From positions 132,404 to 196,403 of the forward strand of contig JADJOM010000002.1 of assembly GCA_016713785.1 (NCBI GenBank): DNA of 64,000 bases, written 5' to 3'. Below are positions 18,605-27,265 of the stretch, piece after piece (the stretch's first letter is position 1; every line of letters begins with the position of its first letter). The notes beneath the pieces were generated by a model. The model searched no databases, had not been told where the DNA came from, and saw only the letters and a program-made list of their open reading frames with translations. The DNA is from Gemmatimonadota bacterium. Its GTDB lineage: Bacteria > Gemmatimonadota > Gemmatimonadetes > Gemmatimonadales > GWC2-71-9. A program made the position numbers and the translations under genes.

Positions 18605-19507
18605 CTACCGCTGCCACACGATCAGGTTGTCCATGATCCCCACGCCCTCGAACGCCACGAACCGGGGCGTCGTGATCCGGGCCGTGAACGGACCGAAGGT
18701 CAGGTCGTTGAGCCGGGCGCTCACCTGCTGGGTCACCGGGTCGTAGCGCAGCGCCATCTCGTTCCAGGTCATGTCGTCGGTGTCGCCGCTGGCCAGCAGG
18801 GTGCCCGTGCTGCCGTTGAGCCGCACCTCGTAGTGCAGCGGCCCGCCGGTGGGGGTGGAGCGGAGCGCCATCCACAGGGCGCCCTTGTTCTCCAGGCCGC
18901 TGATCGTGTCGGGCGCCGCGGTGAACCCGATGGCGATGTAGTTGGGCCACACCACCGCCGGGTAGCCGTTCATCGTCAGCTCGTACGCCGTGGCCGGCGG
19001 CGAGAACGGCAGCCGCGCCGTGGGCGAGTACGGCACCGGGTCGAACCACTCCGAGGCCACGCACCCGTTGCCCTGGGACGCCTGCAGCGGCGACGGCATC
19101 TCGTTCCAGTTGTCGGTCGCCGAGCAGAACTTCCAGGTCTGGTCGCCGTTGGGGACGAGCCACTGGTTGTTCTTGGTGCCCGGCCACTCCACCCAGAACC
19201 CGCCGATCGAGGTGTGGATGAAAGAGGAGCGGAGCGCCCCCTTGCCGCCGTGCGGCCGGAGGATGCTGTCGCCGAGGCCGAACGACTCGCGGATCAGCAC
19301 CCCGGGCGCGGGGGCCGTGGTCGGGAGCACCGGGAAGCTCGGCACCGGAGTTCCCCCACCCCCCCCCCCGCCCCCACCACCACCGCCGCCGCCACCCTTG
19401 GCCCCGGAGACCGGGGTGGTTGATTCGCCGATCGGCGACGCCGTGCAGGCCAGGGACAGGGCCGCGACCAGCGCGACACCGGTCCCACGCAGGGTGGTGA
19501 GTTTCAT
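18605..19507 (-). CDS. lipoprotein with 15-residue poly-Gly linker, function unknown
   Basis: MKLTTLRGTGVALVAALSLAC contains a lipobox. The Gly15 linker is encoded by a C-rich tract. The remainder is beta-rich and ends FEGVGIMDNLIVWQR. Confidence 0.8.
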   Translation of the reverse strand: MKLTTLRGTGVALVAALSLACTASPIGESTTPVSGAKGGGGGGGGGGGGGGGTPVPSFPVLPTTAPAPGVLIRESFGLGDSILRPHGGKGALRSSFIHTSIGGFWVEWPGTKNNQWLVPNGDQTWKFCSATDNWNEMPSPLQASQGNGCVASEWFDPVPYSPTARLPFSPPATAYELTMNGYPAVVWPNYIAIGFTAAPDTISGLENKGALWMALRSTPTGGPLHYEVRLNGSTGTLLASGDTDDMTWNEMALRYDPVTQQVSARLNDLTFGPFTARITTPRFVAFEGVGIMDNLIVWQR

Positions 19508-19868
19508 CTGGGGAGTTCTCCGAGGGGATGATGCAGGGTGGCCACCAGGTGCGGCCGTGAACACCCCTCCGGAAGGCAAGTCAGGTTCCACCGGGCACCG
19601 CGAGCCAAGTCGGCGCTGTCCAATGATTTGTAAATTGTTGACTAGTCGACCACCTGCCCCGTTTTGGGACACCCTGTCCCGATCCGTGGCGCATGGCGCC
19701 ACTACCATTCCGAACACCGCTACCGAGATTGCAACCGCATCGCGGGCATCGCATCACGACGGACCCGGATTCCCTGACAGTTCATGCCCGCTTCATCGAC
19801 CACGGGCCAGTTTGGGCCCCCTCCCCGGCGGAGCGGCCGCCGGGCCCACCTTTCGCGCCGGACACGCC

Positions 19869-20480
19869 ATGCCCCAGCTCCTGCACCTCGACTGCAGCGC
19901 CCGCGAGGCGGGCTCGCTCACCCGCGGACTCTCCCGGCAGTTCGTGGAGCGCTGGGTGGCGGCACACCCCGGGACCACCGTGCGCTACCGCGACCTGGCC
20001 GCGCACCCGGTGCCCCAGGTGGACACGGCGTGGATCGCCGCCGCCTTCGATCGTACCAGCCCGCCCGGCACTCGGCACGCCGCGCTCGCGGTCTCGGATG
20101 AGCTGGTGGACGAGCTGCTGGCGTCGGAGGTGATCGTGGTGGGGAGCCCGGTCTACAACTTCACCGTGCCGGCGGTGCTCAAGGCGTGGATCGACCAGGT
20201 CATCCGGGTGGGGCGCACCTTCCTCCCGGGAGCCTTTCCCTCGCGCGGGCTGGCGGGCGGCCGCAAGGTGGTGGTGCTCTCCTCGAGCATGAACGACTAC
20301 CTCCCACCCTCGCCCCACGTGGCGCTCGATCACTTCGAGCCCTACCTGCGCACCGCCTTCGGGTTCATGGGCGTGGACGACCTGACCGTCATCCGGTGCT
20401 CGGGTGGCACCGAGGCGGACATCGCCGCCTCACTGGCGCGGGCGGAGGAACGGATGCAGCAGGTGATCGGCGGGCGGTAG
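19869..20480 (+). CDS. azoR: FMN-dependent NADH-azoreductase
   Basis: 203 aa. MPQLLHLDCSARE...SPVYNFTVPAVLKAWIDQV is typical of AzoR-type flavodoxin-like reductases. The stop TAG lies in the repeat array. Confidence 0.8.
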   Translation: MPQLLHLDCSAREAGSLTRGLSRQFVERWVAAHPGTTVRYRDLAAHPVPQVDTAWIAAAFDRTSPPGTRHAALAVSDELVDELLASEVIVVGSPVYNFTVPAVLKAWIDQVIRVGRTFLPGAFPSRGLAGGRKVVVLSSSMNDYLPPSPHVALDHFEPYLRTAFGFMGVDDLTVIRCSGGTEADIAASLARAEERMQQVIGGR

Positions 20481-20592
20481 GGCGGTAGGGCGGTAGGGCG
20501 GTAGGGCGGTAGGGCGGTAGGGCGGTAGGGCGGTAAGGCGGTAAGGCGGTAGGGCGGTAGGGCGGTAAGGCGGTAGGGCGGTAAGGCGGTAG
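20473..20592 (+). repeat. 8-bp microsatellite (GGCGGTAG/GGCGGTAA)n, 15 copies
   Basis: Read directly. The azoR stop TAG (20478-20480) is in the first unit. Five units carry TAA instead of TAG. Confidence 0.95.
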
Positions 20593-20640
20593 CGAGAGGC
20601 GAGCCTGGATGGGGTGCGGGCAGCCCGCCTCACGTTGAGT

Positions 20641-20673
20641 TTACCGCCCTACCGCCCTACCGCCTTACCGCTA
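20641..20673 (-). repeat. inverted short array of the same 8-mer (about 4 copies)
   Basis: Plus strand ttaccgcc ctaccgcc ctaccgcc ttaccgc. On the minus strand it follows the TAG stop (20673-20671) of the membrane-protein gene. Confidence 0.85.
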
Positions 20674-21039
20674 CGGTTTGTAGATCGCCGTCAGCGCCGC
20701 GGCGAGGCCCAGCACCGGATAGAGCAGGAACAGCGGCTTGGCCAGCGCGGGCTTCCGGTAGGGCAGCAGGACCGCGAAGGAGAGCACGATCCAGATCCCG
20801 AGCTTGATGAACACCCAGCTCGGGAAGGGCCACTGCACCTTGAGGCGGGCCAGCAGCCCGAAGCCGCCCAGCAGGACGAGGAACGCGGCGGTGCCGTGCA
20901 GGGCGGAGAGGAGCTTCCGGTGGGGATTGCTCTCCCGGGTGCCCCCCGCCGCGACGACCATCGCGACACCACCAAAGGACACAAACAGCAGCATGATCGC
21001 GGCCAGGTGAATGGCGCGGTAGAGTTCGGCGGGTATCAT
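20671..21039 (-). CDS. small integral membrane protein (4 predicted helices)
   Basis: 122 aa with four hydrophobic stretches. Good GC3 bias. Confidence 0.75.
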   Translation of the reverse strand: MIPAELYRAIHLAAIMLLFVSFGGVAMVVAAGGTRESNPHRKLLSALHGTAAFLVLLGGFGLLARLKVQWPFPSWVFIKLGIWIVLSFAVLLPYRKPALAKPLFLLYPVLGLAAALTAIYKP

Positions 21040-21184
21040 GGCCGGAGAAGCTAATCACGACTTCCGCTGCCGGGAATATCCCCACGCCGAACCTTCGACA
21101 GCCTCCCCACCGTAAAGAATCGACCCCGAAACGGGGAACAGTTGGGCAGGCCCCTCCCTCGCTACCCCACCCAGGAGACATTCG

Positions 21185-21757
21185 ATGGCGGATGCCATGG
21201 ATGCCGCGACCGCGTCGATGGTCCGGAACCTCGCAGAGAAGACTGGCAAGACGCTCGACCAGTGGGTCGCGGTCGTGCGGAAACTCGGCGACCGGAAGCA
21301 CGGCGAGCTGGTCGCCCACCTCAAGGAGCACCACGACCTGGGCCACGGCTACGCCAACCTGGTGGTCCACGCCGCCAAGGGTGGACTGGCCAAGCCCGCC
21401 GGCGAGGCCGCGGACGACCTCGTGGCGGCGCAGTTCGCCGGTGACAAGGCCGCGCTCCGGCCGATCTACGACCGGCTGGTCGCGGAGCTCCAGAGGTTCG
21501 GCGGTGACGTGGAGCTGGCGCCCAAGAAGGCATACGTCTCGGTCCGGCGCGCGAAGCAGTTCGCCATCCTGCAGCCGAGCACCAAGTCGCGGTTCGATGT
21601 GGGCATCAACCTGAAGGGCGTGGCACCCAAGGGCCGGCTCGAGGCCTCCGGCTCCTTCAACAGCATGTGCACGCACCGGGTGCGAGTGGAGCAACTGGCG
21701 CAGGTGGACAAGGAACTGGTGGGCTGGCTGCGGCAGGCGTATGATGCGGCGGGGTGA
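21185..21757 (+). CDS. DUF4287/DUF5655-like protein
   Basis: AGGAG lies 8 nt upstream of the ATG. N-terminus NLAEKTGKTLDQW..HGELVAHLKEHHDLGHGYAN. C-terminal half VELAPKKAYVSVRR. Confidence 0.7.
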   Translation: MADAMDAATASMVRNLAEKTGKTLDQWVAVVRKLGDRKHGELVAHLKEHHDLGHGYANLVVHAAKGGLAKPAGEAADDLVAAQFAGDKAALRPIYDRLVAELQRFGGDVELAPKKAYVSVRRAKQFAILQPSTKSRFDVGINLKGVAPKGRLEASGSFNSMCTHRVRVEQLAQVDKELVGWLRQAYDAAG

Positions 21758-21793
21758 GTTGCCCACCTTCCATGCTGGAGCCCGGAGGCACCC

Positions 21794-22084
21794 ATGCGCA
21801 GAGCCGCGCGGCGCCGCCCCACCGACGACCTCGAGACCCTCCCCTCGATCGGGCCGAGCCTCGCGCAGGACCTGCGCGACCTGGGCGTGACCTCCGTGGC
21901 CGCCCTGCGCCGCCGCAACCCCGAGCGGCTCTACACGGCCCTCATCGCGCTGCGGGGCCAGCACCAGGATCGCTGCGTCCTGTACAGCTTCCGCTGCGCC
22001 ACCTACGCGGCCCGCACCGCGCGACCGCGCCCCGAGTTGCTCCTGTGGTGGAACTGGAAGGGCCGCACCCTGGCCGGACGGTAG
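21794..22084 (+). CDS. small helix-hairpin-helix protein (pathogenicity-locus / Cdd1-like)
   Basis: 96 aa. LETLPSIGPSLAQDLRDLGVTSVAALR is an HhH motif. Confidence 0.6.
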   Translation: MRRAARRRPTDDLETLPSIGPSLAQDLRDLGVTSVAALRRRNPERLYTALIALRGQHQDRCVLYSFRCATYAARTARPRPELLLWWNWKGRTLAGR

Positions 22085-22102
22085 CGCCGCTTCGGCCGCC
22101 GC

Positions 22103-23732
22103 TCAGCGCAGCACCGTGGCGAGGATCGCCCGCGCCTCCGCGACGATCCGCCCCAGGTGCCCGGCGTCCACCAGGCTCTCCGCGTACAGCTTGTAGACGT
22201 TCTCGGTCCCGCTGGGCCGCGCCGCGAACCAGCCGTTGGCCGTGGCCACCTTGAGCCCGCCGATGGGCGCGTCGTTCCCCGGCGCGCGGGTGAGCCGCGC
22301 GGTGATCGGGTCGCCGGCGAGCGTCGCGGCGGTGACCGCCTCCGCGGTGAGTCGCTTGAACCCCGCCTTCTCCGCCGCGGTGCACGGGGTGTCGATCCGG
22401 GTGTAGACCGGGGCGCCGTAGTGCCCGGTGATCTCGCGATAGTGCTCCCCCGGATCGCGGCCGGTGACCGCGGTGATCTCCGCCGCCAGCAGGCCGAGCA
22501 GGATGCCGTCCTTGTCGGTGGTCCAGACCGTGCCGTCGCGGCGCAGGAAGCTGGCGCCCGCGCTCTCCTCCCCGCCGAAGCAGACCGTGCCGTCGAACAG
22601 CCCCGGCGTGAACCACTTGAAGCCGACGGGCACCTCCAGCAGCCGCCGCCCCATCCCTTCCACCACCCGGTCGATGATCATGCTCGACACCAGCGTCTTC
22701 CCCACCGCCGCGCTCCGCGGCCAGCCCGGGCGGTTGGCCAGCAGGTAGCGGATGGCCACCGCCAGGAAGTGGTTGGGGTTGAGCAGGCCGGCGGAGCGCG
22801 TCACGATGCCGTGCCGGTCGGCGTCGGGGTCATTGCCGCAGGCCACGTCGAAGCGGTCCTTGAGCCCGACCAGCCCCGCCATCGCGGCGGTGCTGGAGCA
22901 GTCCATGCGGATCTTGCCGTCGTGGTCCACGGTCATGAAGCCGAATCGGGGGTCGACCACCCGGTTGACGATGGTCAGGTCGAGGCCGTACCGCTCGCCG
23001 ATCAGCTCCCCACGCCGCGAGCGCGCTGCCGCCCATCGGGTCCACGCCGATCCGGAGCCTCGCCGCGCGGATGGCGTCGAGGTCGATCACGGCGGCGAGG
23101 TCCGCGACGTACGCCGCCACCAGGTCGGTGGGCCGCGCGTCGGGCCGCCCGCCCCGCAGCACGTCCGGCTCCGCCTTGGCGCCGGCGAGGATGGCGTTGG
23201 CGCGGTTCTGCACCCACCCCGTCACGTCGGTGTCGGCCGGGCCGCCGTTGGGCGGGTTGTACTTGAAGCCGCCATCCTCCGGGGGATTGTGCGAGGGGGT
23301 GATGACGATCCCGTCCGCCTCCGGTTCGCCGGGCCGGCGCCGCGCGTTGTGGCCCAGGATGGCGTGCGAGATCACCGGCGTCGGGGCGTAGCCATCGGCC
23401 GGCTGCACCACCACGTCCACCCCGTGCGCCAGCAGCACCTCGAGCGCGGTGCGTTCCGCCGCGCGCGACAGCGCGTGGGTGTCCTTCCCGAGGAACAGCG
23501 GGCCGGTGGTCCCCTGGGCCGCGCGATACTCGGCGATGGCTTGGCTGATGGCCCGGATGTGCGCCGCGGTGAAGGTGCCGTTGCCCGGCGTCCCGCGGTG
23601 CCCGCTGGTGCCGAAGCTCACGCGTTGCGCCGGGTCGGCGAGGTCGGGGAGGCGCTCCTGATAGTCGCGCTCCAGCTGCGCGACGTCGATCAGCAGCGCC
23701 TCGGGGGCGGGCTGGCCTGCGAGTGGGTGCAC
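22103..23732 (-). pseudogene. pgm: phosphoglucomutase (alpha-D-glucose phosphate-specific), interrupted by a +1 frameshift
   Basis: The N-terminal frame carries FGTSGHRGT. The C-terminal frame carries [10 protein letters not shown] and GGEESAG. The frames join at gcg tgg G gag ctg, a G4 where G3 is needed (plus-strand C-run 23008-23011). Start GTG 23732 (MHPLAGQPA) has GGAGAGGG upstream. Length is 1630 nt, which is 3n+1. Confidence 0.9.
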
Positions 23733-25070
23733 TACAGCGCCCACCCTCTCCGGGGAACCGGCCGCAGCCACTCCTCCGCCAGCTTCACGTTGGTCACGTT
23801 CCCGCTCTCCGGATCCACCGCCAGCGGCTGGCCGGCGCGCACCGCCAGGCAGCCGAAGAGCACCATCTCGGTGAGCGGACCCGCGTGGCCCGCGAACGTG
23901 GAGAGGTTGGGCGCGCCGCCCTTCATGGCGCGGATCCACTCCGCGTACACCCCGGGCGACCGCTCGTACTTCACCGCCGGCGGGTTGGCCTTGAGCTCGG
24001 CGTCCTTCGCCGGGTCGAGCAGCCGCGGGTTGTCGCCGTACATGCCGGCCAGGATCGCGCCGCTCGTGCCCACCCACATCTGGCCGCCGATCTCCTCGGG
24101 GGCCAGCTCAGGGTGTCGGGGAGTCCGGCGGGGCGGGGGGGCCAGAGCCCGCCGTCGCGCCAGTACACCGTCACCGGGCCGCGATCGCCGCGGGCGGGGA
24201 AGCTGTAGGTCACCCGCGAGGACTTGGGCGCGGTCTCCTCGTACAGCTTGGTGGTCTCCGGCTCCACGCGGGTCGGGTAGCGCAGGTCGAGGGCCCAGAA
24301 GGCGGCGTCCATCCCGTGGCAGGCCATGTCGCCCAGGGCGCCGGTGCCGAAGTCCCACCAGCCGCGCCAGTTGAAGGGCGCGTACGCCGGGCTGTAGGGC
24401 CGCTCCGGCGCGGGGCCGAGCCAGAGGTTCCAGTCCATCGTCGGGGGGACGTTGTGCGCCTGCGTGGGGCGGTCGATGCCCTGGGGCCAGATGGGGCGGT
24501 TGGTCCAGTAGTGGATCTCGCGCACCGGGCCGATCACGCCGGCCTCCACCCACTCGCGCAGCTGGCGGGTGCCCTCGTTGGTGTGGCCCTGGTTCCCCAT
24601 CTGGGTGCACTGCTTCGGGCGGCGCGCCGCCTCCGCCATCACCGCGCGCACCTCGCCCATGGTGCGGGCCAGCGGCTTCTGGCAGTAGACGTGCTTCCCG
24701 GCGCGCAGCGCCAGCAGCGTGGCGGCGGCGTGGCTGTGGTCGGGGGTGGAGACCGTCACCGCGTCGATGCTGCGGGCTTCCTTGTCGAGCATCTCGCGGT
24801 AGTCGCGGTAGCGGCGCGCCTTGGGGTAGCTCTTGAAGGCGTCGGCGGCGGCGTTCCAGTCCACGTCGCAGAGCGCCACCAGGTTCTCCCCTCCATGCCG
24901 CGCACGTCGTTGCGGCCCATGACGCCCACGCCGATGCAGGCCACGTTGAGCGTGTCGCTCGGCGCGCGGTAGCCGCGGCCCAGCACGTGGCGCGGGACGA
25001 TATGGAACAGGCCGGCGGCGCCGGCGGCGCTGTGGACGAACTCGCGGCGTGAGGGCTTCGCGCGACCCAT
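23732..25070 (-). pseudogene. TAT-signal Gfo/Idh/MocA family oxidoreductase, two -1 frameshifts
   Basis: MGRAKPSRREFVHSAAGAAGLF (TAT signal), Rossmann VACIGVGVMGRN and CQKPLA. Three frames must be spliced, at plus-strand C4 24888-24891 and G7 24135-24141. The stop TAG overlaps the pgm GTG by 1 nt. Confidence 0.85.
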
Positions 25071-25167
25071 GCAGGGGCTCCAGGGACGGGGCGGGGAGTG
25101 ACGGCGGACGTGGCAGGGGAAGATGCAGCGGAAACGGGCCCGGGGCGAGGGCCTGGGCCCCCCACCC

Positions 25168-26485
25168 GGGAGTGTCAGTTTCTCTGTGTATGAGCCTGGT
25201 TCACTGCCATGCCGGGACCCGGTCCCCGAAGAGGAGCCGGATGTGCCGCAGCGCCTCCACCCAGTGCTGCGGCGTGCCGAGCTTCGCCTGCGCGTTCCGC
25301 AGCGCCAGGTACAGCAGTTTGCTCGCCGCCTCCGCGGAGGGGAAGTGCCCCCGCACCTTGAGGCTCTTCCGCAGCGTCCGGTGCAGGCTCTCGATCGCGT
25401 TGGTCGAGTAGAGCAGCCGCCGGACCGGCACCGGGTACGCCAGCGCCGGGGCCAGCCGCTCCCAGTGCCGCTGCCACAGCGCCGTGATCTCCGAATGTGC
25501 CTGGCCCAAGGGACTCGCGGCCCAGGCGGCGAGGGCCTGCTGCGCGGCCGCCTCGCCTGGCGCCTGGTAGATCCCCGCAGGGCGCTCGCCACCGCCTTCC
25601 GCTCCCGCCAGTTCACCTGCGCCAGGCTCTGCCGCACCAGGTGCACCACGCACTGGTGCACCACCGTCTGGGGAAAGACCGCGTGGATGGCGTCCGGAAA
25701 GCCGGGCAGCCCATCCACCAGCGCGATCAGGATGTCCTGCACCCCGCGCCCCTGCAGGTCGCTCAGCACCCGCTGCCAGAAGGCCGCCCCCTCCGCCGCC
25801 GCGAGCCAGAAACCCAGCACCTCCTTCTCGCCGCTCGGCCGGATGCCCAGCGCCAGGTAGATCACCTGCTGCTGCACCAGCCCCTCGGTCCGGATCTTCA
25901 CGCGGAGCCCGTCGAGCACGACGGCGATGTACACCGGCTCCAGCGGCCGCTGCTGCCACGCCGCCGCCTCGGCCAGCACCGCGTCGGTCACCGCCGTGAT
26001 CACCGCCGGCGACACCTCCACCTGGTAGCACTCCTCCAGGTGCGCCTGCAGCTCCCGCACCGTCAGGCCCCGGGCGTAGAGCGACAGGACCTTCTGGTCG
26101 AAGCCCGGCAGCCGGCGCACCCCTTGGGCACGAAGGCCGGGGTGAAGCTCCCCTCCCGGTCCCGCGGGATCGCCAGCGGCAGCGCCCCCTCGTCGGTCAG
26201 CACCGTCTTGGGCGTGGTCCCGTTCCGGGCATTGCCGTCGGGCCCGCGGCCGGCCCCCGGGGCGTACCCCAGGTGCTCGGTCAGCTCCGCCTGCAGCACC
26301 CGCTCGACCATCCGCTGTTTCAGCCGCCGGAACACCGCCTCGAGCTGCTCCGGCGTCTGCACCTGGGCCAGCAGGGTCTCCAGGGCCGCCGCCTCCTGCG
26401 GGTCCGCGGCCGGGCGCTTCTTCCGTGCCATATCCCCTCCTCCCTCCCTAGGATATGGCTCATACACAAACTTTCAAACACTCCC
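25168..26485 (-). mobile_element. IS256-family insertion sequence
   Basis: Imperfect terminal inverted repeats: gggagtgtcagtttctctgtgtatgagcc on the left and ggctcatacacaaactttcaaacactccc on the right. Flanking direct repeat is CCCCACCC (8 bp), or CCACCC depending on where the ends are drawn. Confidence 0.85.
25201..26431 (-). pseudogene. IS256-family transposase, two -1 frameshifts
   Basis: MARKKRP...ELTEHLGY...RDREGSFTPAFVPKG | RRLPGFDQKVLSLYARG...VDGLPGFPDAI...ASALRG | IYQAP...YSTNAIESLH. Breaks lie at plus-strand C4 26120-26123 and C4 25573-25576. Confidence 0.85.
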
Positions 26486-26959
26486 CCACCCGGCCTGCCG
26501 GCGGCCTCCCGCCGCCGTTTCCCGGCACGCGGACGCGTATCACGGACCGCGGGCTCCGCTCCACTGCATGACGCAGGCGTTCAACGCACCCCCGTCTCCT
26601 TCCACGGGCCCTCCGGCGACATTTCCTGTCCGCTTTTATCGCACAACCCGGCACCTGGTACCCATCACGCACTTCCGCGGAAATTTTTTTGCATTGCGCG
26701 TGGCATACATTCACCGCACGGTTCCCTTCACGGGCCTCCCCGTGACCTTCACCGCACCGCGAAGGAGCAAAACACCGACGCTCGTGACATTCACTGGCCG
26801 GAGAATTCGTCCAACTCATCGCCTGTCCGCATTCACGCCCTGCAGCAGACGTTTTATGCACGACACCTTCCATTTATTCATTGCGAAAGCCCTCCCACGC
26901 CCTGCAGCCGCCATCCCTCGTACTTCTCACTGCCCACCTCCCCCTTCTGTTCACTCTCC

Positions 26960-27137
26960 TCCCTCTTCTCTCTTCCCTCTTCCCGCTTCCCTCGTCCCTC
27001 TTCCTTCTTCCCTCTTCCCTCTTCCCTCTTCCCTCTTCCCTCTTCCCTCTTCCCTCTTCCCTCTTCCCTCTTCCCTCTTCCCTCTTCCCTCTTCCCTCTT
27101 CCCTCTTCCCTCTTCCCTCTTCCCTCTTCCCTCTTCC
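26960..27137 (+). repeat. 7-bp polypyrimidine microsatellite (CTCTTCC)n, about 18 perfect plus about 7 degenerate copies
   Basis: Read directly. The plus strand is only C/T for about 180 nt. The array ends about 130 bp upstream of the peroxidase start codon. Confidence 0.95.
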
Positions 27138-27265
27138 CGCCCCCCACCCGGCCGTGCGCCCAAGGTTCCTTCACGATCTTCTCCCCGTCTCCTTCACCGC
27201 CCGCCGGTACGTTCGGTGGACAATCCCGACAATCCGTCCGGCGCCATCCCATGAAGGAGATCGCC

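Noticed and set aside
17669-20673. Possibility that the short-period repeat arrays are CRISPR arrays or telomere-like ends.
   Set aside because: The units are 7-8 bp and contiguous with no spacers, no cas genes are nearby, and the arrays are internal to a normal gene context.
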